64,000 nucleotides of DNA from Chitinophagales bacterium (GCA_046329555.1 JAXLUK010000005.1:91186-155185); one strand, 5' to 3'. Shown: positions 48,680 to 58,845, numbered from the stretch's first letter. The notes: generated by a model from the letters alone, not told the origin. Translations and numbers: made by a program.

Positions 48680-50521
48680 TTATGCCTCGCCGTTCTTTTC
48701 TTCTGAAGCTTTCTTGCTTTCCGCTTCCATGCGGTTTTTCAGATCGCTCAGTGCAGAAAGATCACCCAGGGTAGTTTTCTCGATACCTTTTTGAATGTCT
48801 TTCACTTTCTTAGTTGCTTTTTCAGCTTCTGCGCGTTTTTCCTGGCGTTCGCCTTCAACCGCTTCACGCTTCACCTCTTCCCAAATGCGCGCGTGGCTCA
48901 ACATGATTTTCTTGTCGTTGCGATTGAAGTCAATCACGCGGAACTGCGCTTTCTCATCAGTGGCCAGGAAGCCACCGGCTTCTTTAGCACTATGCTTCTT
49001 GCCGCAGTAGCCTTCCAGTCCGTATGGCAGTAATACCACGCAGCCTTTTTCGTCGGCGTGAACTACAGTTCCTTCGTGCTGGCTGCCAATTGGGAATACA
49101 TTTTCAAAAGTATCCCATGGATCTTCCTCGATCTGCTTGTGGCCTAAGCTCAGCTTGCGGTTATCGGTATCAATATCCAGCACTACTACATCCAACTCGT
49201 TACCTACTTTGGTGAATTCACTTGGATGGTTGAAGCGCTTGGTCCATGATAAATCGCTGACGTGTACCATGCCGCCGATTCCGTCGCCCAGCTCAACAAA
49301 TACGCCATAAGGAGTCAGGTTCTTTACCAATCCTTTCAGGCGGGTGCCTACCGGGAATTTCTCGGCAATTTTAGTCCAAGGATCTTCTGTCAGACGCTTA
49401 ATAGACAGCGACATTTTGCGCTCTTCGCGGTCCAGGGTCATTACCACAGCTTCGTGGATTTCGCCCATTTTGAAGAAATCGCGTGAGTTCATCGGTGCGC
49501 TTGACCATGAAATTTCTGATACGTGTACCAGTCCTTCCACACCCGGTGTAATTTCCAGGAATGCACCGTAATCTTCGATGTTCACCACTTTGCCTTTCAC
49601 TTTTGAACCGATTTCGATTTCTGAAGTGAGGGTATCCCATGGGTGAGGCATCAACTGCTTCAGACCTAAAGAAATACGCTTCTTGGTGTCGTCGTAATCC
49701 AATACCACTACGTTCAGTTTCTGGTTCAGTTCCAGTACATCTTTCGGATGTACGATACGTCCCCATGAAATGTCGGTGATGTACAACAAGCCATCTACGC
49801 CGCCCAGATCGATGAACGCTCCGAAATCGGTGATATTCTTGATGGTTCCTTCCAACACCTGACCTTTTTCCAGTTTGCCGATAATGGCTTCGCGTTGAAT
49901 TTCAATATCAGATTCAATCAGCGCTTTGTGAGACACTACGGCATTCTTGATTGATTCATTGATCTTCACCACTTTCAATTCCATGGTTTTACCCACGTAC
50001 ACATCGTAGTCGGTGATTGGCTTCACATCAATTTGTGAGCCTGGCAGGAAGGTTTCTAATCCAAATACATTGGCGATGAGACCACCCTTGGTTTTAGACG
50101 TAATTTTACCCATTACTACTACGCCTGAATCGGCAGCAGCAACAATGTTTTCCCAAGCCTTCAACAACTTGGCATTTTTGCGGCTCAGGATCAGATGACC
50201 TTTGCGGTCTTCTTTAGAAACTACGTAAACGTCGAAAACGTCGCCTACTTTAATTTCTTCCTGGTCGCCACGGAATTCTGAAATGGGCACCAGGCCGTCA
50301 GATTTGAAGCCAATATTGAAAACCACATCCGTATCGGTGATAGCTACCACCTGACCTTTTACGATTTCATTGTCTTCCAGTGTTTTTAACGTGCCGCTGT
50401 AGAGGTGCTCATACTTTTTGCGGTCGTCTTCAGTGTAATGCGCTACGTTCCGTTTGTCTACCGACCAATCGAAATCGTCGTGCGCGGTGGTTGGGGTTAC
50501 TGCAGCGGTTGAATCGCTCAT
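48680..50521 (-). CDS. rpsA: 30S ribosomal protein S1
   Basis: Six S1 repeats (FLPGSQID, FGAFIDLGGVDGLL, EGLVHVSEISW). ATG at 50521. Confidence 0.98.
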   Translation of the reverse strand: MSDSTAAVTPTTAHDDFDWSVDKRNVAHYTEDDRKKYEHLYSGTLKTLEDNEIVKGQVVAITDTDVVFNIGFKSDGLVPISEFRGDQEEIKVGDVFDVYVVSKEDRKGHLILSRKNAKLLKAWENIVAAADSGVVVMGKITSKTKGGLIANVFGLETFLPGSQIDVKPITDYDVYVGKTMELKVVKINESIKNAVVSHKALIESDIEIQREAIIGKLEKGQVLEGTIKNITDFGAFIDLGGVDGLLYITDISWGRIVHPKDVLELNQKLNVVVLDYDDTKKRISLGLKQLMPHPWDTLTSEIEIGSKVKGKVVNIEDYGAFLEITPGVEGLVHVSEISWSSAPMNSRDFFKMGEIHEAVVMTLDREERKMSLSIKRLTEDPWTKIAEKFPVGTRLKGLVKNLTPYGVFVELGDGIGGMVHVSDLSWTKRFNHPSEFTKVGNELDVVVLDIDTDNRKLSLGHKQIEEDPWDTFENVFPIGSQHEGTVVHADEKGCVVLLPYGLEGYCGKKHSAKEAGGFLATDEKAQFRVIDFNRNDKKIMLSHARIWEEVKREAVEGERQEKRAEAEKATKKVKDIQKGIEKTTLGDLSALSDLKNRMEAESKKASEEKNGEA

Positions 50522-50860
50522 GTGTGAAACTCCGTTATTGTTTATTCCCGTCCGGAACACGGGTTTTGTTAATGAATTGGTTTAAGGGGGTGCGAAGATA
50601 GGAAAATAATGTCAAACCGACCATAGTCACAGGTCCTGGGATTTATAGTTTGACCTTAAAAGTTCTTGCTTGTTCAAGCTAAATTATAGCATCATGGGAA
50701 AGGAATCCCTTTCCGGGAGGTACCCACCCAGCATGAGCAGGTTATTGCGGACGATTCAGCCCAAAACTGCTAAGGAAAGAATGGGTCTTTATAATGCATA
50801 GAAAATCAGCGCAATGAAAGGCTTTCCTCAAATCCGAATACAATTTCTAAGGATGACGAT

Positions 50861-52360
50861 TTACGGCTCCAAAACACATTTGAACACCTTCTGGTAACCA
50901 TTCCCCGCATTGACCTTTATTAGGTAATGGCCCACAACCAGCCCATTCAAATCGCAGTTAATATTCCCACTCTTACCCATCCCAACATACATTTTTAATC
51001 GGCGCTCTTCCAGGTCAAATACACTGATGGTAAAGTTGGTTTCGCTATTGAATAGATAATTGAATTGGGCATCTCCGCGAATCGGATTTTCAACTAAGCG
51101 AAAAAATTGTGGCTCGCTTTTTTGGGTCTCAGCAATGTTCGTGGTAAAAGTTGTATCGCAGCCACTGCCAATTAGCTTGCCGGTTTTGTAGGATGGCAGA
51201 TTGGGAAGTGGATAGGTTTGATGCAGCAAGGGTATGGCCATGGGTTCATACCGGCAGGCCAGGCCAGGGCTATCCGGCGCATGAATAACATGCAGCTTAC
51301 TTGTTAAATCCCAGGTATCGTAATAGATTTCGCCAAAAGGAGTTAACAATCCATGGCCGATTGGATTAGGTTGCCCATCGTAGGTAGCCGAGTCCCATTT
51401 ACAAATCAGTATCGCAGAACTAAGGATATCGGGGGCCTGTAAATCATACTGTCGAATAGTCCAGTAATTATTAACGTACAAATATCTGCCGGAAGGAGAG
51501 AACACGCTGGAAAGCGCCCCTGTAATCCCTGCAGGCACAACCAAAGTATCACCATGAGGGCCAATGAACGGAGGGGTAAATTGGGTGACTCCTGTAAACA
51601 CGCCTTCACAGCGATCAAAATCCAAAATATTTATGGGTACATGAACTGTGCTAAAAACGTATTTATCGCCCTGCTCTGAGAATTTCGCATAACCATATCC
51701 TTCTCCCAAAATGGAATCGCCGATTACCTGGGTTTTCATTAGCCGAATCGTATCGGGGGTAACTAAAAAAATAAAGTATTTATTGTTGTAGCCTTCTTTT
51801 TGCACCAGCCACCAATCGCGGCCGTTGCCATGCCTTGTGGCGGTAATGTTTCTGGAAGTAGGTGCGTAGTTAATGCGGTTTCTTTTCGACTTAAGCACAT
51901 AACCATTGTTTTGGCGTTGCACTACGGCATAGTACAAAACGGTTTGTAAAGTATCGTGTTTCTGATGAAAATCCTCATCGCTAACGGAGGGATATACCAA
52001 ATAGAATTCGTTAGAATTCTTTGGGAGAAAAATAGAATTCTGAACGCCCTGATTGTTATGCGGGAAATACACAGCAAATGCCGTATCGGTTAAGGGGTAG
52101 GCATTGGCTAAGGTGTCAAAATTATCTGTTACAATATGTTGCCCTTCCGAGTATAGGGTGCGGGCAGTAACAGAATCGTATATGCTTGCTGCCGTCCCAA
52201 TGGCAAACAAAGGGAGATATGGCGGATTGGTAACTTGCGGTGGATTAGAAGAAAAGGTTAACGAACTAAAAAATGAGGCAACCGGCCATTTATAATCAAA
52301 TTGACCAAAAACGCTTAGGGAAACTCCCATAAAAAGCAATACCCCCAAAAGCCGATGCAT
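50861..52360 (-). CDS. T9SS cargo beta-propeller-like protein, copy A1 (original CTD)
   Basis: Signal peptide, RHGNGRDWWL, FSPSGRYLYV, PDSPGLAC and LPNLPSY motifs; CTD RLVENPIRG...GHYLIKV. Confidence 0.88.
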   Translation of the reverse strand: MHRLLGVLLFMGVSLSVFGQFDYKWPVASFFSSLTFSSNPPQVTNPPYLPLFAIGTAASIYDSVTARTLYSEGQHIVTDNFDTLANAYPLTDTAFAVYFPHNNQGVQNSIFLPKNSNEFYLVYPSVSDEDFHQKHDTLQTVLYYAVVQRQNNGYVLKSKRNRINYAPTSRNITATRHGNGRDWWLVQKEGYNNKYFIFLVTPDTIRLMKTQVIGDSILGEGYGYAKFSEQGDKYVFSTVHVPINILDFDRCEGVFTGVTQFTPPFIGPHGDTLVVPAGITGALSSVFSPSGRYLYVNNYWTIRQYDLQAPDILSSAILICKWDSATYDGQPNPIGHGLLTPFGEIYYDTWDLTSKLHVIHAPDSPGLACRYEPMAIPLLHQTYPLPNLPSYKTGKLIGSGCDTTFTTNIAETQKSEPQFFRLVENPIRGDAQFNYLFNSETNFTISVFDLEERRLKMYVGMGKSGNINCDLNGLVVGHYLIKVNAGNGYQKVFKCVLEP

Positions 52361-54087
52361 AACTAAGGGATTAAAGTGAACTTAATCATATCAACCGCTC
52401 CGCTACCGTAGGTAGCTTTAATCAGGTAATTGCCTGAGCTGAGGTCGCCGATATCCCAAAATAGATTTCCTTCCAACCCGTGATTTTGGTAGTGCCTTAA
52501 AGGCCTGCCTTGCAGATCAATTACATCGATTTTGTATTCCATGGCACAAGTAAATTTATAAGCAATATTTAACTGGCCGTGTACTGGATTTTCAACTAAG
52601 CGAAAAAATTGTGGTTCGCTTTTTTGGGCCTCAGCAATGTTCGTGGTAAAAGTTGTATCGCAGCCACTGCCAATTAGCTTGCCGGTTTTGTAGGATGGCA
52701 GATTGGGAAGTGGATAGGTTTGATGCAGCAAGGGTATGGCCATGGGTTCATACCGGCAGGCCAGGCCAGGGCTATCCGGCGCATGAATAACATGCAGCTT
52801 ACTTGTTAAATCCCAGGTATCGTAATAGATTTCGCCAAAAGGAGTTAACAATCCATGGCCGATTGGATTAGGTTGCCCATCGTAGGTAGCCGAGTCCCAT
52901 TTACAAATCAGTATCGCAGAACTAAGGATATCGGGGGCCTGTAAATCATACTGTCGAATAGTCCAGTAATTATTAACGTACAAATATCTGCCGGAAGGAG
53001 AGAACACGCTGGAAAGCGCCCCTGTGATCCCTGCAGCTAAGGCCAGGGTATCACCATGAGGGCCAATGAACGGAGGGGTAAATTGGGTGACTCCTGTAAA
53101 CACGCCTTCACAGCGATCAAAATCCAAAATATTTATGGGCACATCAACCGTACTAAAAACGTATTTATCGCCCTGCTCTGAGAATTTCGCATAACCATAT
53201 CCTTCTCCCAAAATGGAATCGCCGATTACCTGGGTTTTCATTAGCCGAATCGTATCGGGGGTAACTAAAAAAATAAAGTATTTATTGTTGTAGCCTTCTT
53301 TTTGCACCAGCCACCAATCGCGGCCGTTGCCATGCCTTGTGGCTATTATGTTTCTGGAAGTAGGTGCGTAGTTAATGCGGTTTCTTTTCGACTTAAGCAC
53401 ATAACCATTGTTTTGGCGTTGCACTACGGCATAGTACAAAACGGTTTGTAAAGTATCGTGTTTCTTATGAAAATCCTCATCGCTAACGGAGGGATATACC
53501 AAATAGAATTCGTTAGAATTCTTTGGGAGAAAAATAGAATTCTGAACGCCCTGATTGTTATGCGGGAAATACACAGCAAATGCCGTATCGGTTAAGGGGT
53601 AGGCATTGGCTAAGGTGTCAAAATTATCTGTTACAATATGTTGTCCTTCCGAGTATAGGGTGCGGGCAGTAACGGAATCGTATATGCTTGCTGCCGTTCC
53701 AATAGCATACAAAGGGGGATGAGGCTGATAGGTAATTTGCGGCGGATTAGAAGAAAAGGTTAACGAACTAAAAAATGAGGCAACCGGCCATTTATAATCA
53801 AATTGACCAAAAACGCTAAGGGAAACTCCCATAAAAAGCAATACCCCCAAAAGCCGATGCATAACTAAGGGATTAAAGTGAACTTAATCATATCAACCGC
53901 TCCGCTACCGTAGGTAGCTTTAATCAGGTAATTGCCTGAGCTGAGGTCGCCGATATCCCAAATTAGATTTCCTTCCAACCCGTGATTTTGGTAGTGCCTT
54001 AAAGGCCTGCCTTGCAGATCAACTACATCGATTTTGTATTCCATGGCACAAGTAAATTTATAAGCAATATTTAACTGGCCGTGTACT
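51084..54087. repeat. 1502-bp direct tandem duplication
   Basis: The 19-mer ggattttcaactaagcgaa recurs at 51084, 52586 and 54088; the intervening units are nearly identical. Confidence 0.97.
52363..53862 (-). CDS. T9SS cargo protein, copy A2 (chimeric: A body plus CTD of the upstream gene)
   Basis: Same body as 50861-52360, but the CTD after RLVENP matches 53865-54087 with 2 substitutions. Confidence 0.88.
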   Translation of the reverse strand: MHRLLGVLLFMGVSLSVFGQFDYKWPVASFFSSLTFSSNPPQITYQPHPPLYAIGTAASIYDSVTARTLYSEGQHIVTDNFDTLANAYPLTDTAFAVYFPHNNQGVQNSIFLPKNSNEFYLVYPSVSDEDFHKKHDTLQTVLYYAVVQRQNNGYVLKSKRNRINYAPTSRNIIATRHGNGRDWWLVQKEGYNNKYFIFLVTPDTIRLMKTQVIGDSILGEGYGYAKFSEQGDKYVFSTVDVPINILDFDRCEGVFTGVTQFTPPFIGPHGDTLALAAGITGALSSVFSPSGRYLYVNNYWTIRQYDLQAPDILSSAILICKWDSATYDGQPNPIGHGLLTPFGEIYYDTWDLTSKLHVIHAPDSPGLACRYEPMAIPLLHQTYPLPNLPSYKTGKLIGSGCDTTFTTNIAEAQKSEPQFFRLVENPVHGQLNIAYKFTCAMEYKIDVIDLQGRPLRHYQNHGLEGNLFWDIGDLSSGNYLIKATYGSGAVDMIKFTLIP

Positions 54088-54320
54088 GGATTTTCAACTA
54101 AGCGAATGGCATTATGCCGGGTGAGTTGCGCCATTGGCTCTACATCCTCATCGGGCGCACTGTTCTTGTAATAATTCAGAGAAGAGCATAATTCTTTGTC
54201 ATCCACAAAAAAGCTATCGTTATAAAGTGCATAAAGGCCGCGTGCGCGAAAAACTGCCGGGCCCTTTATTATTCCAAAATTAAATCGGCGCTCAACACAT
54301 CGATATAAAGATATTAAAAT
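53865..54320 (-). pseudogene. 5'-truncated remnant of a T9SS cargo gene
   Basis: Frame is open from a stop at 54321-54323 with no ATG before the conserved GPAVFRARGLY...DDKELC pre-CTD motif; no signal peptide; CTD intact. Confidence 0.7.
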
Positions 54321-54662
54321 TTATTACAGGTGAGGCAAAAATCTAATGGCACAATAGTGCAACCTAAACCAGCACCAGAAATATAATTGAGGCCATGGTG
54401 GCCATACTGAAAAAAACACACGGCCACGTGTTACGCGGAATGGTAAAACCGTATCGCCTAGGTGTATCAGAAATGATTTATGTACCTGATTAACGCATTT
54501 TCAAAGTAGTTCGGCAACTATTGCCGCAAATTTAGCTGGTGCGCCAGATGGTATTACCCAAAAACCATAAAATGAAAATAGTATGACAAATTATACTGAG
54601 ATTCTATTTGGCCTTGGGGTATGCCAGTTTATTCCTACCTTTAAACTTTAAAACACAATTCT

Positions 54663-54938
54663 ATGCGAAACCTGTTGTATCTCTTGCTTTTAGTAGCTAC
54701 CAGCGCCTTTGCGCAATCGGGTGTAAACGTCACCAACAAGGGCGCTTCTGCCAAAAACTCGCGGGGCGCGGGTGTGGAAGTGAAGAAAAATGATGTGTCT
54801 GCAAAAAACAGCAAAGGCCAGGGCGTCCAGGCCAATAAAAAAGGACTGGAAGTGAAAGGCTCGAAAGGCGGTATGAATGTAGATAAGAAGGGGGTGCGCG
54901 TTCAAAGCAAGCACTTCAACGTTAAACTGGGCAAGTAA
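54663..54938 (+). CDS. Small secreted Lys/Gly-rich repeat protein
   Basis: Signal peptide followed by repeated GVxVxKK-like units. Confidence 0.7.
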   Translation: MRNLLYLLLLVATSAFAQSGVNVTNKGASAKNSRGAGVEVKKNDVSAKNSKGQGVQANKKGLEVKGSKGGMNVDKKGVRVQSKHFNVKLGK

Positions 54939-54980
54939 GTTTTTCGGGGTTTACGTTGCCACATTCCGTGGCGGGTGTAT

Positions 54981-54988
54981 TATATTTG
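54981..54988 (+). promoter_or_regulatory. Bacteroidota -7 promoter element (TAnnTTTG)
   Basis: TATATTTG 5 bp before ATG 54993, with a TTG about 22 bp upstream. Confidence 0.6.
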
Positions 54989-54992
54989 CCGT

Positions 54993-56279
54993 ATGAAAAC
55001 CGAGCAAGTAGATGTATTGGTAATCGGTGCGGGTCCGGCCGGAACGGTAGCCGCTTCCATCATTAACCAGGCGGGCTTCAAAACCCGGATTGTAGAGAAA
55101 GAGCAGTTTCCCCGGTTTGTTATCGGAGAGAGTTTGTTACCGCGCTGCATGGAAGCGCTTGACGCTGCGGGATTTCTGCCGGCACTGAAAGCGAAGGGGT
55201 TCCAGGAAAAATTCGGAGCGAAATTCGTGGATAGCCATGGCGGGGTGATGGATTTTAATTTTTCAGATCAGTTTACGAAGGGCTGGACCTGGACCTGGCA
55301 GGTACCACGCGGCGATTTCGATATGACCCTGGCGCAGGAAGTAGAGAAAATGGGCGTTCCTGTTTCTTTTCAAACAACCGTTACCGGTATTGAGTTCAAC
55401 GGATCTGATTCGGTGACCACTACGGTAGATGCTCAGGGTAACCAGTCTAAAATTGCGGCCAGATATATTGTGGATGCTTCTGGTTACGGAAGGGTTATTC
55501 CGCGGTTGTTTCAACTCGACCGTCCGTCGAATCTTCCACCGCGTAAAACCCTTTTCGCGCACATGCGCGATCCGCGCCGTCAGAATTACGTGGAACCGAA
55601 TCGCATTCTGATTATTGATCACCAGCCCGGGGTTTGGATTTGGTGTATTCCTTTCAGCAACGGAACTACTTCGGTTGGATTTGTTGGTCATCCGGAATTC
55701 TTTGAACCGTTCACCGGAACACCGGAAGAACAGTTGCGGGCGATGATCAACAGCGATGCGCATTTAAAAGAGCGCTTTGGTGATGTGGAATTCATGTTCG
55801 AACCCAGAACCATTATGGGCTGGAGTGTGACCACCGAAAAATTCTTCGGCGATGGTTTTGTGCTAACCGGCAATGTGACTGAGTTTTTGGATCCGGTTTT
55901 TTCCAGTGGCGTTACGCTGGCAACGGTGTCTTCGCATTTGGCGGCCACCTTGGTGGTGCGGCAGTTGCAGGGAGAAAAAGTAGACTGGCAAAAAGAATAT
56001 ATGGATCGCGCCATGGTTGGCGTGAATGTGTTCCGAACCTATGTGATGGCGTGGTATGATGGCACTTTGCAAAAAGTGTTTTTTGCCAAAGAAACGCAGC
56101 CGGATGTGATTCAGAAAATTTGTTCTGTACTGGCGGGCTATGTTTGGGATATGGAAAATCCATTCGTTCGCGAACACGATACTCAGTTGAAGCGGTTGGT
56201 ACGCTTAATTGATGTAGAACAGCGGATGCGCGAATCGGCGCAGGTTATTGACGAAGGTCGTTTTGTACCGCAGCCCTAG
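54993..56279 (+). CDS. FAD-dependent oxidoreductase of the flavin-dependent halogenase family
   Basis: IGAGPAG, FPRFVIGESLLP, VPRGDFD, WIWCIPF (WxWxIP) and FLDPVFSSGV. Confidence 0.88.
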   Translation: MKTEQVDVLVIGAGPAGTVAASIINQAGFKTRIVEKEQFPRFVIGESLLPRCMEALDAAGFLPALKAKGFQEKFGAKFVDSHGGVMDFNFSDQFTKGWTWTWQVPRGDFDMTLAQEVEKMGVPVSFQTTVTGIEFNGSDSVTTTVDAQGNQSKIAARYIVDASGYGRVIPRLFQLDRPSNLPPRKTLFAHMRDPRRQNYVEPNRILIIDHQPGVWIWCIPFSNGTTSVGFVGHPEFFEPFTGTPEEQLRAMINSDAHLKERFGDVEFMFEPRTIMGWSVTTEKFFGDGFVLTGNVTEFLDPVFSSGVTLATVSSHLAATLVVRQLQGEKVDWQKEYMDRAMVGVNVFRTYVMAWYDGTLQKVFFAKETQPDVIQKICSVLAGYVWDMENPFVREHDTQLKRLVRLIDVEQRMRESAQVIDEGRFVPQP

Positions 56280-56281
56280 CG

Positions 56282-57301
56282 TTATTGCCCGCGCTTCAGC
56301 GTGAAGGTGAATGTGGTGCCAATGCCAACTGTACTTTGTACCGCTATGGTTTGCTTGTGTGCTTCCAGAATATGTTTTACGATGGCTAACCCTAAACCGG
56401 TTCCGCCTTTATCCCTTGAACGCGCTTTATCAATGCGGTAGAAGCGTTCAAATAATCTGCCCAGATGTTCTTGCGCTACACCCGGGCCGTTGTCGCTGAT
56501 TTCTACTATTACCGTATCGTGGTGCGCGGTAAGTGCAACAGACACAAATCCGCCTTCATTGTTGTATTTAATTGCGTTGGAAATGAGATTGCTGATCACC
56601 TCGCGAATGCGCTTCTTATCTGCTTCCACCCAAAACGGTTCTGTATACGGCTGCCGGAAACGCAAATCAATGTGCCGCATCTGCGCTTGTAACTGAAACG
56701 ACTCAAAAACCTCTTCGCATTGCAGCCTGAAATCATATTGCTCTAAAGTCAATTTCAGTTCACCGCTTTCGTACTGTGATATCGACAATAAATCATTGAC
56801 AATATCACTTAGCCGATCAGCATTGGCCGAGGCCTTTTGCACATAACCCGTGGCGAACTGGGTATTGTCAAAACCATCTTCCAGCAAGGTTTCCAGATAA
56901 CCCTGGATATTGAAGATGGGTGTTTTCAGTTCATGTGAAACGTTACCTAAAAATTCTTTGCGGTATTTTTCTAACCGTTTCAGTTGTTCAATTTCGGTGC
57001 CTTTGCGTAACGAAAACTCCTGCAGTTTTTCTTTTAACGCATCTAATGAAACTTCTTGTTTGTTGCCTGATGTATCTGAACCCAATTCATTCACTACGGC
57101 ATGAATGGTTTCAATTTTTCGAAAAACCATGCGCCTCAGCAGCAAGGCCGTTACGGCATACACCACCAAGGCGGCCATTAAACCCGACAAAAAAATCACC
57201 ATCCTAGTAGGCGGCTCCATCATGCCTAAGGCCACTGCTACAGCGGCAAAGCAGCCGCAAATCAGGCCGGCTAAAACGGCTATTTTGTTGGAATCAGACA
57301 T
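56282..57301 (-). CDS. PhoR-like sensor histidine kinase
   Basis: Two N-terminal TM helices, NVSHELKTP H-box, NLISNAIKYN, DNGPG and GTGLGLAIVKH. Confidence 0.95.
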   Translation of the reverse strand: MSDSNKIAVLAGLICGCFAAVAVALGMMEPPTRMVIFLSGLMAALVVYAVTALLLRRMVFRKIETIHAVVNELGSDTSGNKQEVSLDALKEKLQEFSLRKGTEIEQLKRLEKYRKEFLGNVSHELKTPIFNIQGYLETLLEDGFDNTQFATGYVQKASANADRLSDIVNDLLSISQYESGELKLTLEQYDFRLQCEEVFESFQLQAQMRHIDLRFRQPYTEPFWVEADKKRIREVISNLISNAIKYNNEGGFVSVALTAHHDTVIVEISDNGPGVAQEHLGRLFERFYRIDKARSRDKGGTGLGLAIVKHILEAHKQTIAVQSTVGIGTTFTFTLKRGQ

Positions 57302-58845
57302 TATCCCTGATATTCTCCGTACACGCCGCGCAGTACATCCGCAATTTCACCAAGGGTACAATACGCTTCTACGGCAGTAATTACAAAGGGCATAATATTC
57401 TTGTTTTCCATTACCGCGCTTTTCAATGCAGCGAGTGCTTCAGTGGCAGTGGTAGCATTACGGGAGGCGCGCAATTTCGCCAGTTTTTCACTCTGAATTT
57501 TCCGGATGGAATCATCAATGCGCAGCATTTCAATAGGCGCTTCTTCTTCTTCCGTAAACTTATTGACACCCACAATTACTTTGCTGCCATTTTCAATAGC
57601 GGTTTGATATTGATATGCAGCGCGCGCAATTTCATCCTGCATATAGTGTTGTTCAATAGCCGCCACGCTGCCGCCCAATGTATCAATATGGCGGATGTAT
57701 TGCCATGCTTTCGCTTCTATGTCATCCGTAAGCGCCTCTACAAAATGCGAGCCGCCCAACGGATCAACCGCGTCGGTAACACCGCTTTCGTAACCGATGA
57801 TTTGTTGCGTGCGCAAGGCCAGTTTGGCAGCGTGTTCTGTGGGCAGCGACAAGGCTTCGTCGTATCCATTCGTATGCAGCGATTGGGTGCCGCCCATCAC
57901 CGCGGCCAGCGCCTGAAGGGTAACCCGCGCCACGTTAATCAGTGGCTGTTGTGCCGTTAAGGTGCTGCCGCCGGTTTGGGTGTGAAAACGCAGCATTTGC
58001 GCCCGCGCATCAGTTGCGCCTAGCTGCTGCGTGATTTGCGCCCACATCCTGCGCGCCGCTCTGAACTTGGCAATTTCTTCAAAGAAATTGTTGTGTGCAT
58101 TGAAGAAGAAGGAAAGCCGTTGGCCAAAGGCGTTAATGTCTAACCCCTTCCCAATGGCCGCTTCGCAATACGCCTTGCCGTTGGCCAGCGTAAACGCCAG
58201 TTCCTGCGCTGCGGTAGATCCCGCTTCGCGGATGTGATAACCGGAAATGGAAATGGTATTCCACTTGGGCACTTCAGCGTGGCAGAATTCAAAAATATCG
58301 GTGATGATGCGCATGGATGGTTTGGGTGGATAGATGTAGGTGCCGCGTGCCGCATATTCTTTTAGAATATCGTTTTGAATCGTTCCGGAAATTTTCCGGA
58401 TATCGGCGCCCTGCTCTTTAGCAACAGCAATATACAGCGCCAGCAAAATAAATCCGGTGGCATTAATGGTCATGGAAGTAGAAACATCTTCCAGTTGAAT
58501 ACTGCTGAACAGCGTGCGCATATCTTCAATGGAATCAATGGCCACGCCCACTTTGCCCACTTCTCCTTCGGCCAGCGGATGGTCGCTGTCGTAACCAATT
58601 TGTGTAGGCAAATCAAACGCCACACTTAAACCCATGACGCCTTGCGACAGCAGATACCGATAGCGTTTATTGCTTTCTTCTGCGGTACTAAAACCGGCGT
58701 ACTGGCGCATCGTCCACAGTTTGGAACGATACATATCGGGGTGGATGCCCCTCGTAAACGGAAAGGTGCCCGGCGCTTCAAGCGGGGTGGTGCGCGGTGG
58801 ATAGGTGGCTTTCACTTCAATGCCGGAGTCAGTTGTTCGTTGCAT
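57301..58845 (-). CDS. Methylmalonyl-CoA mutase, substrate-binding (large) subunit of a split enzyme
   Basis: [14 protein letters not shown] (Tyr, MCM rather than ICM type), [11 protein letters not shown] and [13 protein letters not shown]; no B12-binding domain. ATG at 58845. Confidence 0.93.
   Translation of the reverse strand: MQRTTDSGIEVKATYPPRTTPLEAPGTFPFTRGIHPDMYRSKLWTMRQYAGFSTAEESNKRYRYLLSQGVMGLSVAFDLPTQIGYDSDHPLAEGEVGKVGVAIDSIEDMRTLFSSIQLEDVSTSMTINATGFILLALYIAVAKEQGADIRKISGTIQNDILKEYAARGTYIYPPKPSMRIITDIFEFCHAEVPKWNTISISGYHIREAGSTAAQELAFTLANGKAYCEAAIGKGLDINAFGQRLSFFFNAHNNFFEEIAKFRAARRMWAQITQQLGATDARAQMLRFHTQTGGSTLTAQQPLINVARVTLQALAAVMGGTQSLHTNGYDEALSLPTEHAAKLALRTQQIIGYESGVTDAVDPLGGSHFVEALTDDIEAKAWQYIRHIDTLGGSVAAIEQHYMQDEIARAAYQYQTAIENGSKVIVGVNKFTEEEEAPIEMLRIDDSIRKIQSEKLAKLRASRNATTATEALAALKSAVMENKNIMPFVITAVEAYCTLGEIADVLRGVYGEYQG

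Noticed and set aside
50522-50860. Riboswitch or ncRNA upstream of rpsA
   Set aside because: Only a 5-bp hairpin (cccgt/acggg) and a TATCTTCG promoter-like box are visible; I recognise no RNA family.
50861-53862. Diversity-generating retroelement (TR/VR pair)
   Set aside because: The differences are not restricted to adenines on either strand, whole genes are duplicated, and no reverse transcriptase is present.
54993-56279. Secondary-metabolite gene cluster around the halogenase-like gene
   Set aside because: Its neighbours are a kinase, a mutase and T9SS genes; there are no PKS/NRPS/ACP genes.
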